NCBI GenBank assembly: GCA_016928395.1
Contig: JAFGKV010000096.1
Coordinates: 1-64,000 of the forward strand
Direction of reading: 5' to 3'
DNA: 64,000 nt
Origin: Candidatus Fermentibacterota bacterium
GTDB taxonomy: Bacteria; JAFGKV01
Shown: positions 1 to 10,239 of the stretch, one piece after another
How the letters are laid out: the number at the start of each line of letters is the position of its first letter
How positions within the stretch are numbered: position 1 is the stretch's first letter
The notes under the pieces: model-generated
The model's input: only the letters and a program-made list of their open reading frames with translations
Database searches by the model: none
What the model was told of the DNA's origin: nothing
Made by a program: the position numbers and the translations under genes

Positions 1-503
1 AGGAGAAAATACAGTGGGGTTTTGGAGTCGCCGAGTCCACGAAGAATGGCGCCGATGGCATTGTAGCCAAACATGAAGATCATGCCCGTAAACATGATGG
101 TCAGGTACGTCGAGGCCTCAGGCATCACCTCAGGGGGAATGCGGATGGCCCGGAGGATGTGCCCTGAAAGCGCAATTCCCGAGAAGGTAACCACTGCGGC
201 CGCGGCCAGCAGAAAGACCGCGGTAGTATCGATGGTCTTCTTCAGCCGTTCGTGATCCCCGGCTCCGAAGAACTGGGCCACCATCACGCTGGAGCCCATG
301 GTGATGCCCATGACCAAAGAGACCATCAGGAAGATGATGGGGAAGCTGGCGCCCACGGCTGCCAGGGCATACTTGCCCACGAATCTGCCGACGACGATGC
401 CGTCCACCGTGGTGTAGAGCTGCTGGAACACATTCCCGGCCAGCATGGGCAGGGCGAACATGACGATGACCGCCGCTTCGTTGCCTTCAGTCAACGATCG
501 CAT
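1..503 (-). CDS. MATE family efflux transporter (N-terminal part; runs off the window start)
   Basis: Manual translation of the minus strand from ATG at 503 gives MRSLTEGNEAAVIVMFALPMLAGNVFQQLYTTVDGIVVGRFVGKYALAAVGASFP...ILRGLGDSKTPLYFL, which has typical MATE motifs. Absent from the ORF track because there is no stop in the window. Confidence 0.9.
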   Translation of the reverse strand, partial: MRSLTEGNEAAVIVMFALPMLAGNVFQQLYTTVDGIVVGRFVGKYALAAVGASFPIIFLMVSLVMGITMGSSVMVAQFFGAGDHERLKKTIDTTAVFLLAAAAVVTFSGIALSGHILRAIRIPPEVMPEASTYLTIMFTGMIFMFGYNAIGAILRGLGDSKTPLYFL

Positions 504-560
504 CGATGGTCTTGTGCAATGCGAGGAACCCGGTCATGGCCGCGGGGCGGCGACGACCGT

Positions 561-3500
561 TCAGAACTGGCGGGGTCCTGGCCGGGGAAACGAACCCGAT
601 TCCAGGGTTCGGAGAAACACATCCAGCCGATAGCCCGACTCATGGGCAACGCCCACCGTGGCAGCGTACAGCTCGGTGAATGTCTCCATCCGGATCCCTC
701 CCTCATCGGGCCTTCCATGCAGACATGCCGAGAACACGATCCAGCGGAGCAACTCCTCGAGAGTCTCCCTGTTGAACCAGCGTGTGTCTTCATACTCGTT
801 CAGGCGCAGGAGACCATGGGAACGGCTATCCAGGAGAATGGTCCCCACCAGGGCGGAAACAGCTTCCTGCTCCGCGGGCAATCCCTCGATCACGTCCTGA
901 TAGGCCTCGAGAATGCGCAGTATCGCCACTGCATCGCCGGCCTGCGTTTCGTCTGCGCCCAGGGCCTGGAGCGTGGAGGCGATGAGACCATCCGGTATGA
1001 CATCATTTCGGAATCTCAAACCCTCGCCGTCTGCCGCCAACCGCCGCACCGCACCGAGGGTCGTGAATGCGGCAAGCATGCCGAAGGACACTGCGTCGCG
1101 CCGGATGCCCTGCAGGAGGGAATCGACGGAGTCGTTCTCCCGGCCGGCATCGGGACCAACCAAAGTCAAGGCGCGATCCAGGACGTGCCGGGCGTGGTTC
1201 GCACAGACCCTGGGCTCTCCCGTGACGATGACGGCATCGCAGATGGCGTCGCAGAGTCTCGCCACTCGGGCTTCCACGGTCTGCAGCAACTCAGGTGCCC
1301 ACTCGGGTACCACCAGAGCCACCTCCATGAGCACGCGGATCACATGGGGATGCAGCACCGCCCTGAATGCGTCATGGGCCGTTCGCAGCCTCAGCTGCGT
1401 CCACGCATAGTCGAGACTTGGAACACCCCTGCCGGCCAGCTCCATGGCCAGCGATTCCAGTGAGCCATCACTGGTGTCTTCCAGCTCCTGGAACTCCAGG
1501 AACACCCGATACTCATACGCACCCAATTCCAGGCGCAAACCCTCGGTCTCCAGGTCGGCGGTGGCCAGAAGGTACTCCAGACCCGCGATACTGTCTCGGA
1601 AACGGAGGAATCGGGCCGTACCATAGCCGATACGGAGGGCTGTCACTAGATCGCCCCGGCGGAGGGCTGTTCCGCCATCCGCTAGCCTGAACACGCGAGG
1701 CGCAGACTCCCGCAGCACGCCGGTCGTGGAGCCCCAGCGATTGTGATACACCACAAGAGTGCGTTCCCCGCCCCAACGATTGGTGTATGCCAGGACATTC
1801 TCGTCAACACCGGCATCCGTCACGAAATCATAGAACTGGAACTCGTCCACCCCCGCGAACAGCTTGCGCTTCTTGAGGAGGGGGAAGATCTCCCGCCCGT
1901 GACGCGCCACGAGGTCGTCGTCTTGGCGTTCATCCCATCGCGGCGCCGTGAACTCCGCCCCGTACTTCTCGGCCAAACCCTCCACTTGCCCATGCCCGAA
2001 CATAGGGAGGCCCGGCATGGTGGCCATGACGGTGCAGATGCCGAAATACTTGCCGCCCTTGCCGAACTGGACAACTGCGGGCTCCTCATCGGGATTGTTC
2101 ATGAAATTCACGTAGCGCTTAAGGATCTCAGGATCGAAGGCCAGCGTGTCCTTCACCAGTTTTCGATAGCCGGCATTATCCTCTTCCCGAAGCATGTTCA
2201 TGAAGGCGCTATTGTAGACTCGGTGCATCCCCAGCGTGCGGACAAAGTACCCCTCGGTGAGCCAGAAGGCCTCGGCGAGCAGCAGCGTGTCAGGGGCCTC
2301 CGCAGCGACGCGATCCACCACCTCGCGCCAGAACTCGCACGGCATCAGTTCGTCGAAGCGCTCTTTTGTGAGCGCATGCTCTGCCCGAGAGGGGACCGCG
2401 CCCCCCGAACCGGGCTCGGGAAACCATAGCCTCTGGTAGTGCATCTTTGTCAGTGTCATCGCCGCGTCGAACCGGATCAGCGGGCACAGGCGAGCAACGT
2501 GAAGGATGGTATCCATCACGGCTTCACGGACCGAAGGGTTCAGGTAGTTGAGCTGGGCCGTGTCGTTCCACGGCATGAGGGTACCGTCATTGCCGTGACA
2601 GATGAACGATACCGTGCCGCTGACTCGGTCAAGACGCTTGAATACGACTGCGGCATCGGTCTTGGCATAGTAATGGTCTTCCAGGAACACCCCCACCCGC
2701 CCGTCATGGGACAGATCAGGCCCATTGAAGGTATAGGAGGGGTAGGGCGGATGGTCCGACGAGATGAACCACTCGGGATGCTCTGTCACCCAATGAGAGA
2801 CGATACCCGTATGATTGGGCACCATGTCTGCACCCAGCCGGATGCCCCGACGGAACGCCTGCTCCCGGAACTTCTCGAAGGCGGCCTTGCCGCCCAGCCC
2901 ATCCGCAATGCGGTACTCGAAGATGGAATAGGCCGATGCGCCCGACTCAGAATCGCCGCACAGAGTCTTGATGCGGCGTGAGGCGGGGCTTCGCTCCCAT
3001 ATCCCGATGAGCCACAGGCCGGTAAAGCCTCGCGCCGCCAGGCGGTCAAGTTCCTCTCCGGGAATCTCGTCAAACCGTGTGATGGCTCGCCCGTAGGCCC
3101 GGGAGAGTTGGTCCAGCCACACCAAAGCGTTCTTGGCGAGCAGCACCAGCTCGGGCATCCACGCCTGATCGGTGCTGTATCGTTCGGGAGCCTCGCCCAG
3201 CGCCTCAATCCGCATGGCCTGGGGAGGCCCCGGGCCGGGGATGCGGGGCTTCTGCTCTTCTTCTATGAGATCCAGCGCACCCAGTACCGCGATGAGTTCA
3301 TCCTCCAGCAATGAACCCCACTCCCGCCGGATAAACTCAAGCTGCGCGGGCAGGGAATCCGGTTCCGCGATGGCCGGTGAACGGAGCATGCCGAGAATGG
3401 TCTGGCTCTTGGGACCGAACCGGGGCTCCGCCTCGAAGAAATGCGAGAGATCCCTGACGATGTGGTCGTATGCCGTCTCCCGTGCCAGCCGCCCATCGTG

Positions 3501-3983
3501 AAAGAGTGGGCGGAAAGGTTCGGCGGCCGTATTGGCGTTCTGTAACCACAGCAACACGAGCCCCAGGAGTAGCCGTTCCTCGTCGCCACGGTCACGTGCT
3601 CCATCAGGGCCGGAAGGAAATTCCTCTCTGAACACCGCGCCAACCCGGGCCAAAGCCTGTGATCCATGGATGGTCTCTAGGGATGAGAACGCCCGTGCGA
3701 ATACGTCGGGGTTGACGGTCTTCGCGTAGAGGCGCAGCACATGACCAAGAATCCCCGTCACCGTGGCCAGGGCATTGAGCTGCCCGGCACTGGCAGACGC
3801 AGTCACCCCTCCCTCTTCCAGTTTCCTGGCCAGGATCCGCGCCGCGTAGGATCCATCCACGGTCAGCATCCCATCAGTGTCGAAGGAGGACGTATCAAGC
3901 CCGTGCTCTTCCCGGGCTCTTGCCGAGACATGAAACGCACGAACAAGAGGGGGCCTCGTCACCGATTCGCGCCTCGCTGTCAT
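561..3983 (-). CDS. Large GH13 alpha-amylase-family glycoside hydrolase (1140 aa) with N- and C-terminal extensions
   Basis: GH13 conserved regions DMVPNH, IRFDAA (nucleophile), LLAEAF (acid/base) and FMNNPD. Confidence 0.85.
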   Translation of the reverse strand: MTARRESVTRPPLVRAFHVSARAREEHGLDTSSFDTDGMLTVDGSYAARILARKLEEGGVTASASAGQLNALATVTGILGHVLRLYAKTVNPDVFARAFSSLETIHGSQALARVGAVFREEFPSGPDGARDRGDEERLLLGLVLLWLQNANTAAEPFRPLFHDGRLARETAYDHIVRDLSHFFEAEPRFGPKSQTILGMLRSPAIAEPDSLPAQLEFIRREWGSLLEDELIAVLGALDLIEEEQKPRIPGPGPPQAMRIEALGEAPERYSTDQAWMPELVLLAKNALVWLDQLSRAYGRAITRFDEIPGEELDRLAARGFTGLWLIGIWERSPASRRIKTLCGDSESGASAYSIFEYRIADGLGGKAAFEKFREQAFRRGIRLGADMVPNHTGIVSHWVTEHPEWFISSDHPPYPSYTFNGPDLSHDGRVGVFLEDHYYAKTDAAVVFKRLDRVSGTVSFICHGNDGTLMPWNDTAQLNYLNPSVREAVMDTILHVARLCPLIRFDAAMTLTKMHYQRLWFPEPGSGGAVPSRAEHALTKERFDELMPCEFWREVVDRVAAEAPDTLLLAEAFWLTEGYFVRTLGMHRVYNSAFMNMLREEDNAGYRKLVKDTLAFDPEILKRYVNFMNNPDEEPAVVQFGKGGKYFGICTVMATMPGLPMFGHGQVEGLAEKYGAEFTAPRWDERQDDDLVARHGREIFPLLKKRKLFAGVDEFQFYDFVTDAGVDENVLAYTNRWGGERTLVVYHNRWGSTTGVLRESAPRVFRLADGGTALRRGDLVTALRIGYGTARFLRFRDSIAGLEYLLATADLETEGLRLELGAYEYRVFLEFQELEDTSDGSLESLAMELAGRGVPSLDYAWTQLRLRTAHDAFRAVLHPHVIRVLMEVALVVPEWAPELLQTVEARVARLCDAICDAVIVTGEPRVCANHARHVLDRALTLVGPDAGRENDSVDSLLQGIRRDAVSFGMLAAFTTLGAVRRLAADGEGLRFRNDVIPDGLIASTLQALGADETQAGDAVAILRILEAYQDVIEGLPAEQEAVSALVGTILLDSRSHGLLRLNEYEDTRWFNRETLEELLRWIVFSACLHGRPDEGGIRMETFTELYAATVGVAHESGYRLDVFLRTLESGSFPRPGPRQF

Positions 3984-4004
3984 ACAGGCTCCCTTGCCAC
4001 AGCC

Positions 4005-4724
4005 CTAGTGTGATGGCTGCAGGGCGTCAAACTTCACCTGTTCCTCGGGAGTAAGGCTGTCGGAAGCCTTCAGGAGGTAGAGAAGAAATGCTGATTCCGG
4101 GATCGCGCCCTCGAATGCCGTCGTCTCGTTGATCACCACCTTGGGCACTCCCATCACCCCGTACTTACGGGCAAGATGGGGAAACTCGGTGGCCTCGATG
4201 GCATCGGCACGAATCCGTGGGCTCTCCATGGCCATCCCGTGGGCAAGCCTGACTGCCCGGGGGCAGAACGGGCACGTCGGTGTGACGAAGACCTGTATGT
4301 GTACGTCAGTGGAGAGCTTCGCCACGCGTTCCTTCGTTCTGGGGGCAAGCCGGGTGGTCTTCCTGGATACATCGACGATATCTTCGACCAGAGAAGGGAA
4401 TTCGTAGCCTGCCGGAACGCCGAAGAAGCGAACTCGTGCGTCACCGTCGCCTCCCACCAGCAGGGCCGGAATCTCGTTTACCCCGCGGGCCTGAACAAGA
4501 TCACGCGCAAGGAGGAAATCACGGATATCCACGGTGATGGCATCACTCAGTTCAGCCAGTTCCTGCACCAAGGAGACGGTATCGGTACAGAATGGGCAGG
4601 GGGTATGGAGGGGCGGCTCCTGGGACGTCTGGTCTTGGGTGAATAGGGTCAGGCGAACCGGGTGAACGAGTTGCTCGGAGAATAGCCGGCGAAGGGCGTT
4701 GCGGTCACGCTCCTGTATCATCAT
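4005..4724 (-). CDS. Protein-disulfide oxidoreductase (two thioredoxin folds, AhpF-N-terminal/PDO-like)
   Basis: Two CPFC motifs plus [10 protein letters not shown] and [11 protein letters not shown]. Start set at MMIQERD, preceded by GAGAGGAG. The longer ORF-track start only reads through the GGAY repeat. Confidence 0.85.
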   Translation of the reverse strand: MMIQERDRNALRRLFSEQLVHPVRLTLFTQDQTSQEPPLHTPCPFCTDTVSLVQELAELSDAITVDIRDFLLARDLVQARGVNEIPALLVGGDGDARVRFFGVPAGYEFPSLVEDIVDVSRKTTRLAPRTKERVAKLSTDVHIQVFVTPTCPFCPRAVRLAHGMAMESPRIRADAIEATEFPHLARKYGVMGVPKVVINETTAFEGAIPESAFLLYLLKASDSLTPEEQVKFDALQPSH

Positions 4725-4886
4725 GTACCGGGCTCCTCTCTCCCACCGGGTAGTGCGGCGCAGTGTGCCGACCTTTGCACACAGTACCGGTTTGCCAGCG
4801 AGGAATATGAACGGAAGTCGCCTCCGCGGCAACACTGCCGCGCGGGACAGGAAAAGAACACAGAATGGCCGCCAGGAATGGGGCAC

Positions 4887-4998
<112 letters not shown>

Positions 4999-5356
4999 GG
5001 GGTTGGGTAAGAGCAGGAGATCGCCATGCCTTCGAGGGCCGGGGCGCGCACTACGGCGCCGACCTGCTGTCTCATACGGTCATGTTGACAGAATCCCTCC
5101 AATAGACTCATTCCTTGCGTGAGAGTACATGGGAAAGCTCTTCTTCGTACTCGAATGCCCGGCCCCTCGATAGCGGGGCCGGTAGCGACCCCGAGCGGCC
5201 CCTGCGGCCGACCAGAGACGGTCGCCCCTACGACGGCGGAGTGTCATCGCTCATGCTCTCAACCTCGTGCAATCTGAGGGCGCCTGCGCCGTCAGCGGCC
5301 AGACGAAACCCTCTACCCTCTACCGCCCTGTTCGCAGGTTCCTGAGGAGAATGTTC

Positions 5357-5992
5357 GTGAGTACTCAACCGATGAAGCTGTGCCCAAAGATCATTCTTGA
5401 GGGCACCCGCCTGACCATGAAGACCGAGATTGCCTTTCGTCTCAACGAGCATCCCCGGATCGTGGGGCCGCGCAAGTACCGATATCACTCGCCGCTCATC
5501 TCGGCGGAGTGGTGCGCATTCACCAACTACCCCTGGGGTCGCGGTCCGATCAACTTCGAGCCGGAGGAGGCCTCCCGGGCCATGGAGACCTATGCGACCT
5601 GGGCGCGGCTGTTCGAACTGCAGCGGTATTACTCCTGGATCATCGACCGGTTTCACGTGTCAACCACAGTGTATCAGGCGAGCCGAGACCGACATTTCGA
5701 CTTCGGTTGGCTTGAGCAGCGGCTGGCGCCCCTTGGCTTCTGCATCGTGTTATGCACCAGGACGGTCGACTCCTTCGCCCGGGCCCGCCTGGAACGTCTT
5801 GAGATTTCGGGCAATCCCCGCCAGTACGACGACCTGGAGCCTTTCATCTCGGAGCAGGCACGCTTCCGCGAGGCCGTGGGACAATCGATTCTGCCACACA
5901 TTGAAATAGACGTGTCCTCTGGTGAGCTGGCTTCGGTGTGCGATCACATTGCCGACTGGCTGACCCAGCGCGACCTGCTGCGGGGGCGATGA
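5357..5992 (+). CDS. Thymidylate/deoxynucleoside-kinase-like P-loop protein with non-canonical Walker A
   Basis: KIILEGTRLTMKT resembles the dTMP-kinase P-loop. WIIDRFHVSTTVYQ matches the DRxxxSxxxYQ motif. GTG start lies 7 nt after GAGGAG (alternative ATG at 5351). Confidence 0.6.
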   Translation: MSTQPMKLCPKIILEGTRLTMKTEIAFRLNEHPRIVGPRKYRYHSPLISAEWCAFTNYPWGRGPINFEPEEASRAMETYATWARLFELQRYYSWIIDRFHVSTTVYQASRDRHFDFGWLEQRLAPLGFCIVLCTRTVDSFARARLERLEISGNPRQYDDLEPFISEQARFREAVGQSILPHIEIDVSSGELASVCDHIADWLTQRDLLRGR

Positions 5993-6210
5993 AGAGGCAC
6001 GGAGGCGATGGAGTGAAGAAGTGGGGGGATCGTACACGGCGAAGGTCGAGGTTCGGGCTCAGAGTCATTGTCGATATCACTCTCGGAGTCGAGGGTCCGC
6101 CGATCTGACCGAGATGCCTATGCTGACGGCGATTTCGACGGGAGTCCAACGCATCCTCTCACGATCCCGTGATCCGGAAACCCTCAGACGAGTCAGAGTT
6201 CGGAAGCTCA

Positions 6211-6272
6211 ATCCATTCCCATGTCCGCCCATCCGTTCGCCCACTCGTCCATTCACTCCTCATCATTCCATC
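6211..6272 (-). repeat. Degenerate 4-nt-period pyrimidine-rich repeat (RYYC units), inverse orientation to the GGAY array
   Basis: GTCC GCCC ATCC GTTC GCCC ACTC GTCC ATTC ACTC at 6223-6258. Confidence 0.5.
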
Positions 6273-6536
6273 TACACGTCGTTCCTCGTTTTCATTCCAG
6301 GCTCTGTCTGCGAGGTTAGAAGGCCAGCGATGGAGTCCGAATGATGTCCAGCACGGGCTCATCGCCGACACGATCTGCCGGTGACATCAGAGGAAGCGAC
6401 TCAACCGAGGCATACCCGGGAGCGTCGGCCTCGGAATCGGTGTATCCCTTTGACGTGGTCGCCCCTTCGGGACTTGGCAGCTCGTACTGACGCGGTCTTT
6501 TCCCGGGGATGTCCTGAGCAGTGGCCGGAGCACACT

Positions 6537-7169
6537 ATGCCCTCCAGCGATTTTTCCCAGATAAGCGCTGTGGTCGAGTTGATCATCCTCTGCCAGCCCA
6601 TGAGCGTGCTGGATATTGGGTGCGGGTTCGGCAAGTACGGCGTATTGGCGCGGGAATATCTCGAGCTGTGGGACGGGCGGGAGCGCTACAGTGCGTGGAC
6701 GCGGCGAATCGATGCCATCGAGGCTTTCGAGCCCTATATCACACCGCTGCATCGGTTCATCTACGATCATGTATACGTCGGCGACGCCGTAAACACGCTT
6801 ATGACCCTTGATCTCTCCTACGATTTGGTGCTGCTCGTCGACGTCCTGGAGCATTTGGATCGAACCGCGGGCGCCCTACTGCTGCGCAGGGCGGCTGAGC
6901 GGGGCCGCAACATGCTCATCGCAACGCCAAAGAACCCAGGTGAACAAGGCGCCGCCTTTGAGAATCCCGGGGAAGCGCATCGATCTCGATGGACGAATGA
7001 CGACTTCTCGGGCTTGGTGAATCCCGTCATACTACCCCATCCCCACTCCCTGCTGGTGTTCGCCGGTGAGGCGGCACCACGGGTGTGGAAAGCGCGGATC
7101 AGCGCCCGGCTGAGTACGTCAAAAGACAATCCCGCGGCCCGGCCTGTCGCCCCTGAGCCCACGAGATAG
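6537..7169 (+). CDS. Class I SAM-dependent methyltransferase
   Basis: VLDIGCGFGKYG (motif I) and YDLVLLVDVLEHL. Start placed at MPSSDF after GGAG. Confidence 0.8.
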   Translation: MPSSDFSQISAVVELIILCQPMSVLDIGCGFGKYGVLAREYLELWDGRERYSAWTRRIDAIEAFEPYITPLHRFIYDHVYVGDAVNTLMTLDLSYDLVLLVDVLEHLDRTAGALLLRRAAERGRNMLIATPKNPGEQGAAFENPGEAHRSRWTNDDFSGLVNPVILPHPHSLLVFAGEAAPRVWKARISARLSTSKDNPAARPVAPEPTR

Positions 7170-7185
7170 CCCCAAGGATGCTCCC

Positions 7186-8097
7186 ATGGCTTCCGTGAGG
7201 ACCGCCGTCGTTGCTGCCCTGGCTCGGCGGGGCCGCACGTTCTGGATCTGCTCCGGGTTGGCTGCCGTTGCATTATTGGGTCTTGCGGACTATCTGACCG
7301 GGCCTGACATCGCCTGGTCGTTCTTCTACCTGATCCCTATCTCTTCAGCAGCATGGTTCGCCGGCAGGGGGCCTGGGGCCATTCTCTCAGTGCTCAGTGC
7401 TCTGGTCTGGTGGGCCGCGGACGTCGTCCTGGGACACGCCTATGCCGATTCTCTTATCGGAATATGGAACGCAATTGTGGCGTTAGGCTTCTTCCTGGTC
7501 GTAACCTGGCTTGCTGCCGCACTCCACCGCGTGCTGCAAAGGGAGCGGGCCTTGGCGCGGGTTGACTTCATCACGGGAGCCCTTAATCCCCGTGCATTTT
7601 CCGAGGCACTCCAGGCCGAGGCGGAACGGTGCCGACGCGATCGTCGGCCCTTTTCGTTGGTCTACATGGATGTCGACAACTTCAAGGCGGTCAACGATGT
7701 ATTCGGCCACACCGCGGGCGACGAATTGCTTCAACGCATCGCGGAGACGATGCGCCGCGAGCTTCGAGGCGGCGACATCATCGCCCGATTAGGAGGCGAC
7801 GAGTTCGCGATCTTGCTTCCCGAGACTCCGTCAGCCACAGCCATGGAGATCATGGGACGTCTCAGAGGCTCCCTTCTCAGAACGACTCGCGAACACGGTT
7901 CGTCCGCGACGCTCAGCATGGGGCTCGTCGCTTGTGAGCGCGACCCCGGTGAAGTAGATGACCTCATCCGCTGCGCGGATGATTTGATGTACCACGTGAA
8001 AGAGCACGGGAAGAACGGTATAAGATGGGCCCAGTGGAGGGCGAAGACCGAGCAGTCGGCGGATGACGATCCGCACCTCGCGGGCACGCGAAATTGA
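7186..8097 (+). CDS. Membrane-anchored diguanylate cyclase (GGDEF)
   Basis: About four N-terminal TM helices, DVDNFKAVNDVFGHTAGD, RLGGDEF active site and an RxxD I-site (RGGD). Confidence 0.92.
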   Translation: MASVRTAVVAALARRGRTFWICSGLAAVALLGLADYLTGPDIAWSFFYLIPISSAAWFAGRGPGAILSVLSALVWWAADVVLGHAYADSLIGIWNAIVALGFFLVVTWLAAALHRVLQRERALARVDFITGALNPRAFSEALQAEAERCRRDRRPFSLVYMDVDNFKAVNDVFGHTAGDELLQRIAETMRRELRGGDIIARLGGDEFAILLPETPSATAMEIMGRLRGSLLRTTREHGSSATLSMGLVACERDPGEVDDLIRCADDLMYHVKEHGKNGIRWAQWRAKTEQSADDDPHLAGTRN

Positions 8098-8177
8098 GGA
8101 GATCGGAGATAGGGGAGGAAAGCGCTGCCTGCCGACTGATCCCGCTATGCGGAATACTACCCGCCCGAGGATCTCAG

Positions 8178-9536
8178 CTATCGAGTGTTTCGGAGCGTCT
8201 CCTCCAGCGTCTCAACCAGCGACTTGATGCCGGCTCTGGTTTCCATGAGATGCCGTACCTGGGCACAGGCATGAATCACGGTAGAGTGATCACGCCCGCC
8301 GAAATAGCGCCCGATATCCGTGGTGGAAAGCGAGGTCAGACTTCGCGTGAGGTACATGGCGACCTGCCGCGCCTGAGCGATCTGCATGGTGCGGCGCTTC
8401 GAGGTGAGGGCACCGGCCTGAAGGCCCGTGGCGGAGGCGGTCGCCCGGATGATCTCCTCCACCGAGACTGTGGCCGGGGTGCTCTGGATGATGTCAGCGA
8501 GGATGCGCTTCGCTTCCGCCAGGTCGAGGTCTTTCCCTAATGCGGCATGGGCGGCAAGCCTCACGAGGCATCCTTCGATCTGGCGGACGTTCCTGCTGGC
8601 ATTGTTGATGATGAAGGTCATTACCTCGGGTGGGCAGGAGAGGCCCATCATGGCCGTCTTCTTGTACAGTATTGCCGCACGGGTCTCGAACTCGGGGGGT
8701 TGAATGTCGGCAATGAGGCCGGACTCGAAGCGGGAGATAAGACGTTGCTCCAACTTTGTCTCGTGGGGCGGGCGATCACTGGTGATGACGATCTGGCTCT
8801 TCTTCCTGTGCAGCGTGTTGAAAGTGTGGAAGAACTCCTCCTGCATGCTGTCCTTGCGCGCGATGAAGTGAATATCATCGATGAGCAGAAGTTTCAGCGA
8901 ACGGTAGCGCTTCCTGAACTCGTGTGGCGTGTTCTGGTAGATTGCGCTGACCAGGTCATTCGTGAAATCCTCGGAGCTGACGTAGCGAACCGTGGCGCCC
9001 GGGTGATGGCGCATGAGCAGGTGGCCAATGGCGTGGAGCAGGTGGGTCTTGCCCAGACCCGTGCCACCATAAATGAAGAGCGGGTTGTAGTAGGTCCCCG
9101 GGTTCTTTGCCACCGTGACGCATGCTGCGTGGGCCAACTCATTGCTCTTGCCCACGACAAAACTGTCAAAAGTGAAGGCGTCATTGAGGAACCCCACGGC
9201 GGGCGGCGGAAGCATGTCAGGTTCGGGAACAGCAGGGGTCTCGACAGGGGCCGTACCGGTGGTAAGCCGCAGCGGCACGCGGGCTCCAGCTACCACCTCC
9301 AAGGCCCGAAGGATGTCGTCCTTATTGTGCGACTCAATCCACTGCACATGGAAATCGCTGGGCAGAACGATGACCAACGCACCATTGTCATAGCCCGAAG
9401 GGTGGGCGGAAGAGAGCAGCGCGAATGCGCCTGGTCCCAGTGCTCCACCGCGATACAGGAGATCGACGCACGCGGCCCAGAGGCTCTCGGGGCTCTGTGT
9501 GGCTGAGGCCCGGGCAGTAGTCAACAGGTTATCCAC
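8178..9536 (-). CDS. dnaA: Chromosomal replication initiator protein DnaA
   Basis: YNPLFIYGGTGLGKTHL, LLIDDIHF, QEEFFHTFN, RLISRF arginine finger, NVRQIEG sensor II and domain IV FGGRDHSTVIHA. Divergent from rpmH. GTG start at 9536 chosen; the ORF is open to 9590. Confidence 0.97.
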   Translation of the reverse strand: MDNLLTTARASATQSPESLWAACVDLLYRGGALGPGAFALLSSAHPSGYDNGALVIVLPSDFHVQWIESHNKDDILRALEVVAGARVPLRLTTGTAPVETPAVPEPDMLPPPAVGFLNDAFTFDSFVVGKSNELAHAACVTVAKNPGTYYNPLFIYGGTGLGKTHLLHAIGHLLMRHHPGATVRYVSSEDFTNDLVSAIYQNTPHEFRKRYRSLKLLLIDDIHFIARKDSMQEEFFHTFNTLHRKKSQIVITSDRPPHETKLEQRLISRFESGLIADIQPPEFETRAAILYKKTAMMGLSCPPEVMTFIINNASRNVRQIEGCLVRLAAHAALGKDLDLAEAKRILADIIQSTPATVSVEEIIRATASATGLQAGALTSKRRTMQIAQARQVAMYLTRSLTSLSTTDIGRYFGGRDHSTVIHACAQVRHLMETRAGIKSLVETLEETLRNTR

Positions 9537-9885
9537 AGGTTCCCCCCCGCGGGATTCGGCCCAAGCGACTCCCCGCACGGGGCGGCACATGGCAGGCCTT
9601 GCGGTTTACGGCAATCGCTTAAGACTGAGGTTGAAGTCATTCGAGAAAACCCTTGAGAAACAAGGACATAAAGGGGATGATGATTGTGAAGATGCTGTGA
9701 GCGCGTCTCGACGATGCACCGGGATGAAGACCTTGAAGGGTCATGGAGTTCCGAAATCGCCATCACACTTGTCCACAGGTTGTACACAGCCTTTGTTGAC
9801 ATCTCCGCAGCCTTCGGTCACAGAGGTTTTGGCCGATGAGACGGTGCTATTCAGTAGCACGGCGGAGGGGATTCTGTCAACAGAA
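9518..9885. other. Candidate oriC / DnaA-box cluster in the dnaA-rpmH intergenic region
   Basis: TTATCCACA at 9529-9537, tandem TTGTCCACA 9769-9777 and TTGTACACA 9780-9788, and weaker GTCAACA-type boxes at 9518-9526, 9794-9802 (reverse) and 9874-9882. Canonical dnaA-rpmH location. Confidence 0.7.
9529..9537 (+). promoter_or_regulatory. Perfect DnaA box overlapping the proposed dnaA start codon
   Basis: TTATCCACA; its reverse complement T-GTG-GAT-AA contains the in-frame GTG. Confidence 0.8.
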
Positions 9886-9917
9886 AACACCGGCTCCTCC
9901 TCTGCAGCCGTTCAGCC

Positions 9918-9945
9918 TTGACCCCTCGCGTTTGCGCCCTAAGTT
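9918..9945 (+). promoter_or_regulatory. Putative sigma70 promoter for the rpmH operon
   Basis: TTGACC-N16-TAAGTT. Confidence 0.4.
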
Positions 9946-10104
9946 GCGGGGTCTACCATTCATACGGGTGGATCCCGCAAGTGGGTGGATTCAGGGCGCT
10001 TCCGTTCCTCCGCATCATGAACCGCGTTGAGGTTCCACTCCCGCCCCTTTGTGTGGGGCATCGCGCATCTGAGTCCACACGTATCTCCAGAACAGGGGTT
10101 GTAT

Positions 10105-10239
10105 ATGTCGTTCACCTTCAAGCCGAGTAATCGGCGCCGCAAGAATACCCACGGGTTCCGGCTGCGGATGAGCACCCGCTGGGGCCGGAAGATCGTAAAT
10201 GCTCGACGCGCACGGGGCCGGAGGCGGCTGGCTGGCTGA
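10105..10239 (+). CDS. rpmH: 50S ribosomal protein L34
   Basis: [42 protein letters not shown]; synteny. Confidence 0.97.
   Translation: MSFTFKPSNRRRKNTHGFRLRMSTRWGRKIVNARRARGRRRLAG

Noticed and set aside
9676-9696. DnaA-trio unwinding element (GAT GAT GAT TGT GAA GAT)
   Set aside because: The polarity does not match the 3'-GAT-5' consensus and it is not adjacent to a DnaA-box pair, so it is too weak to call
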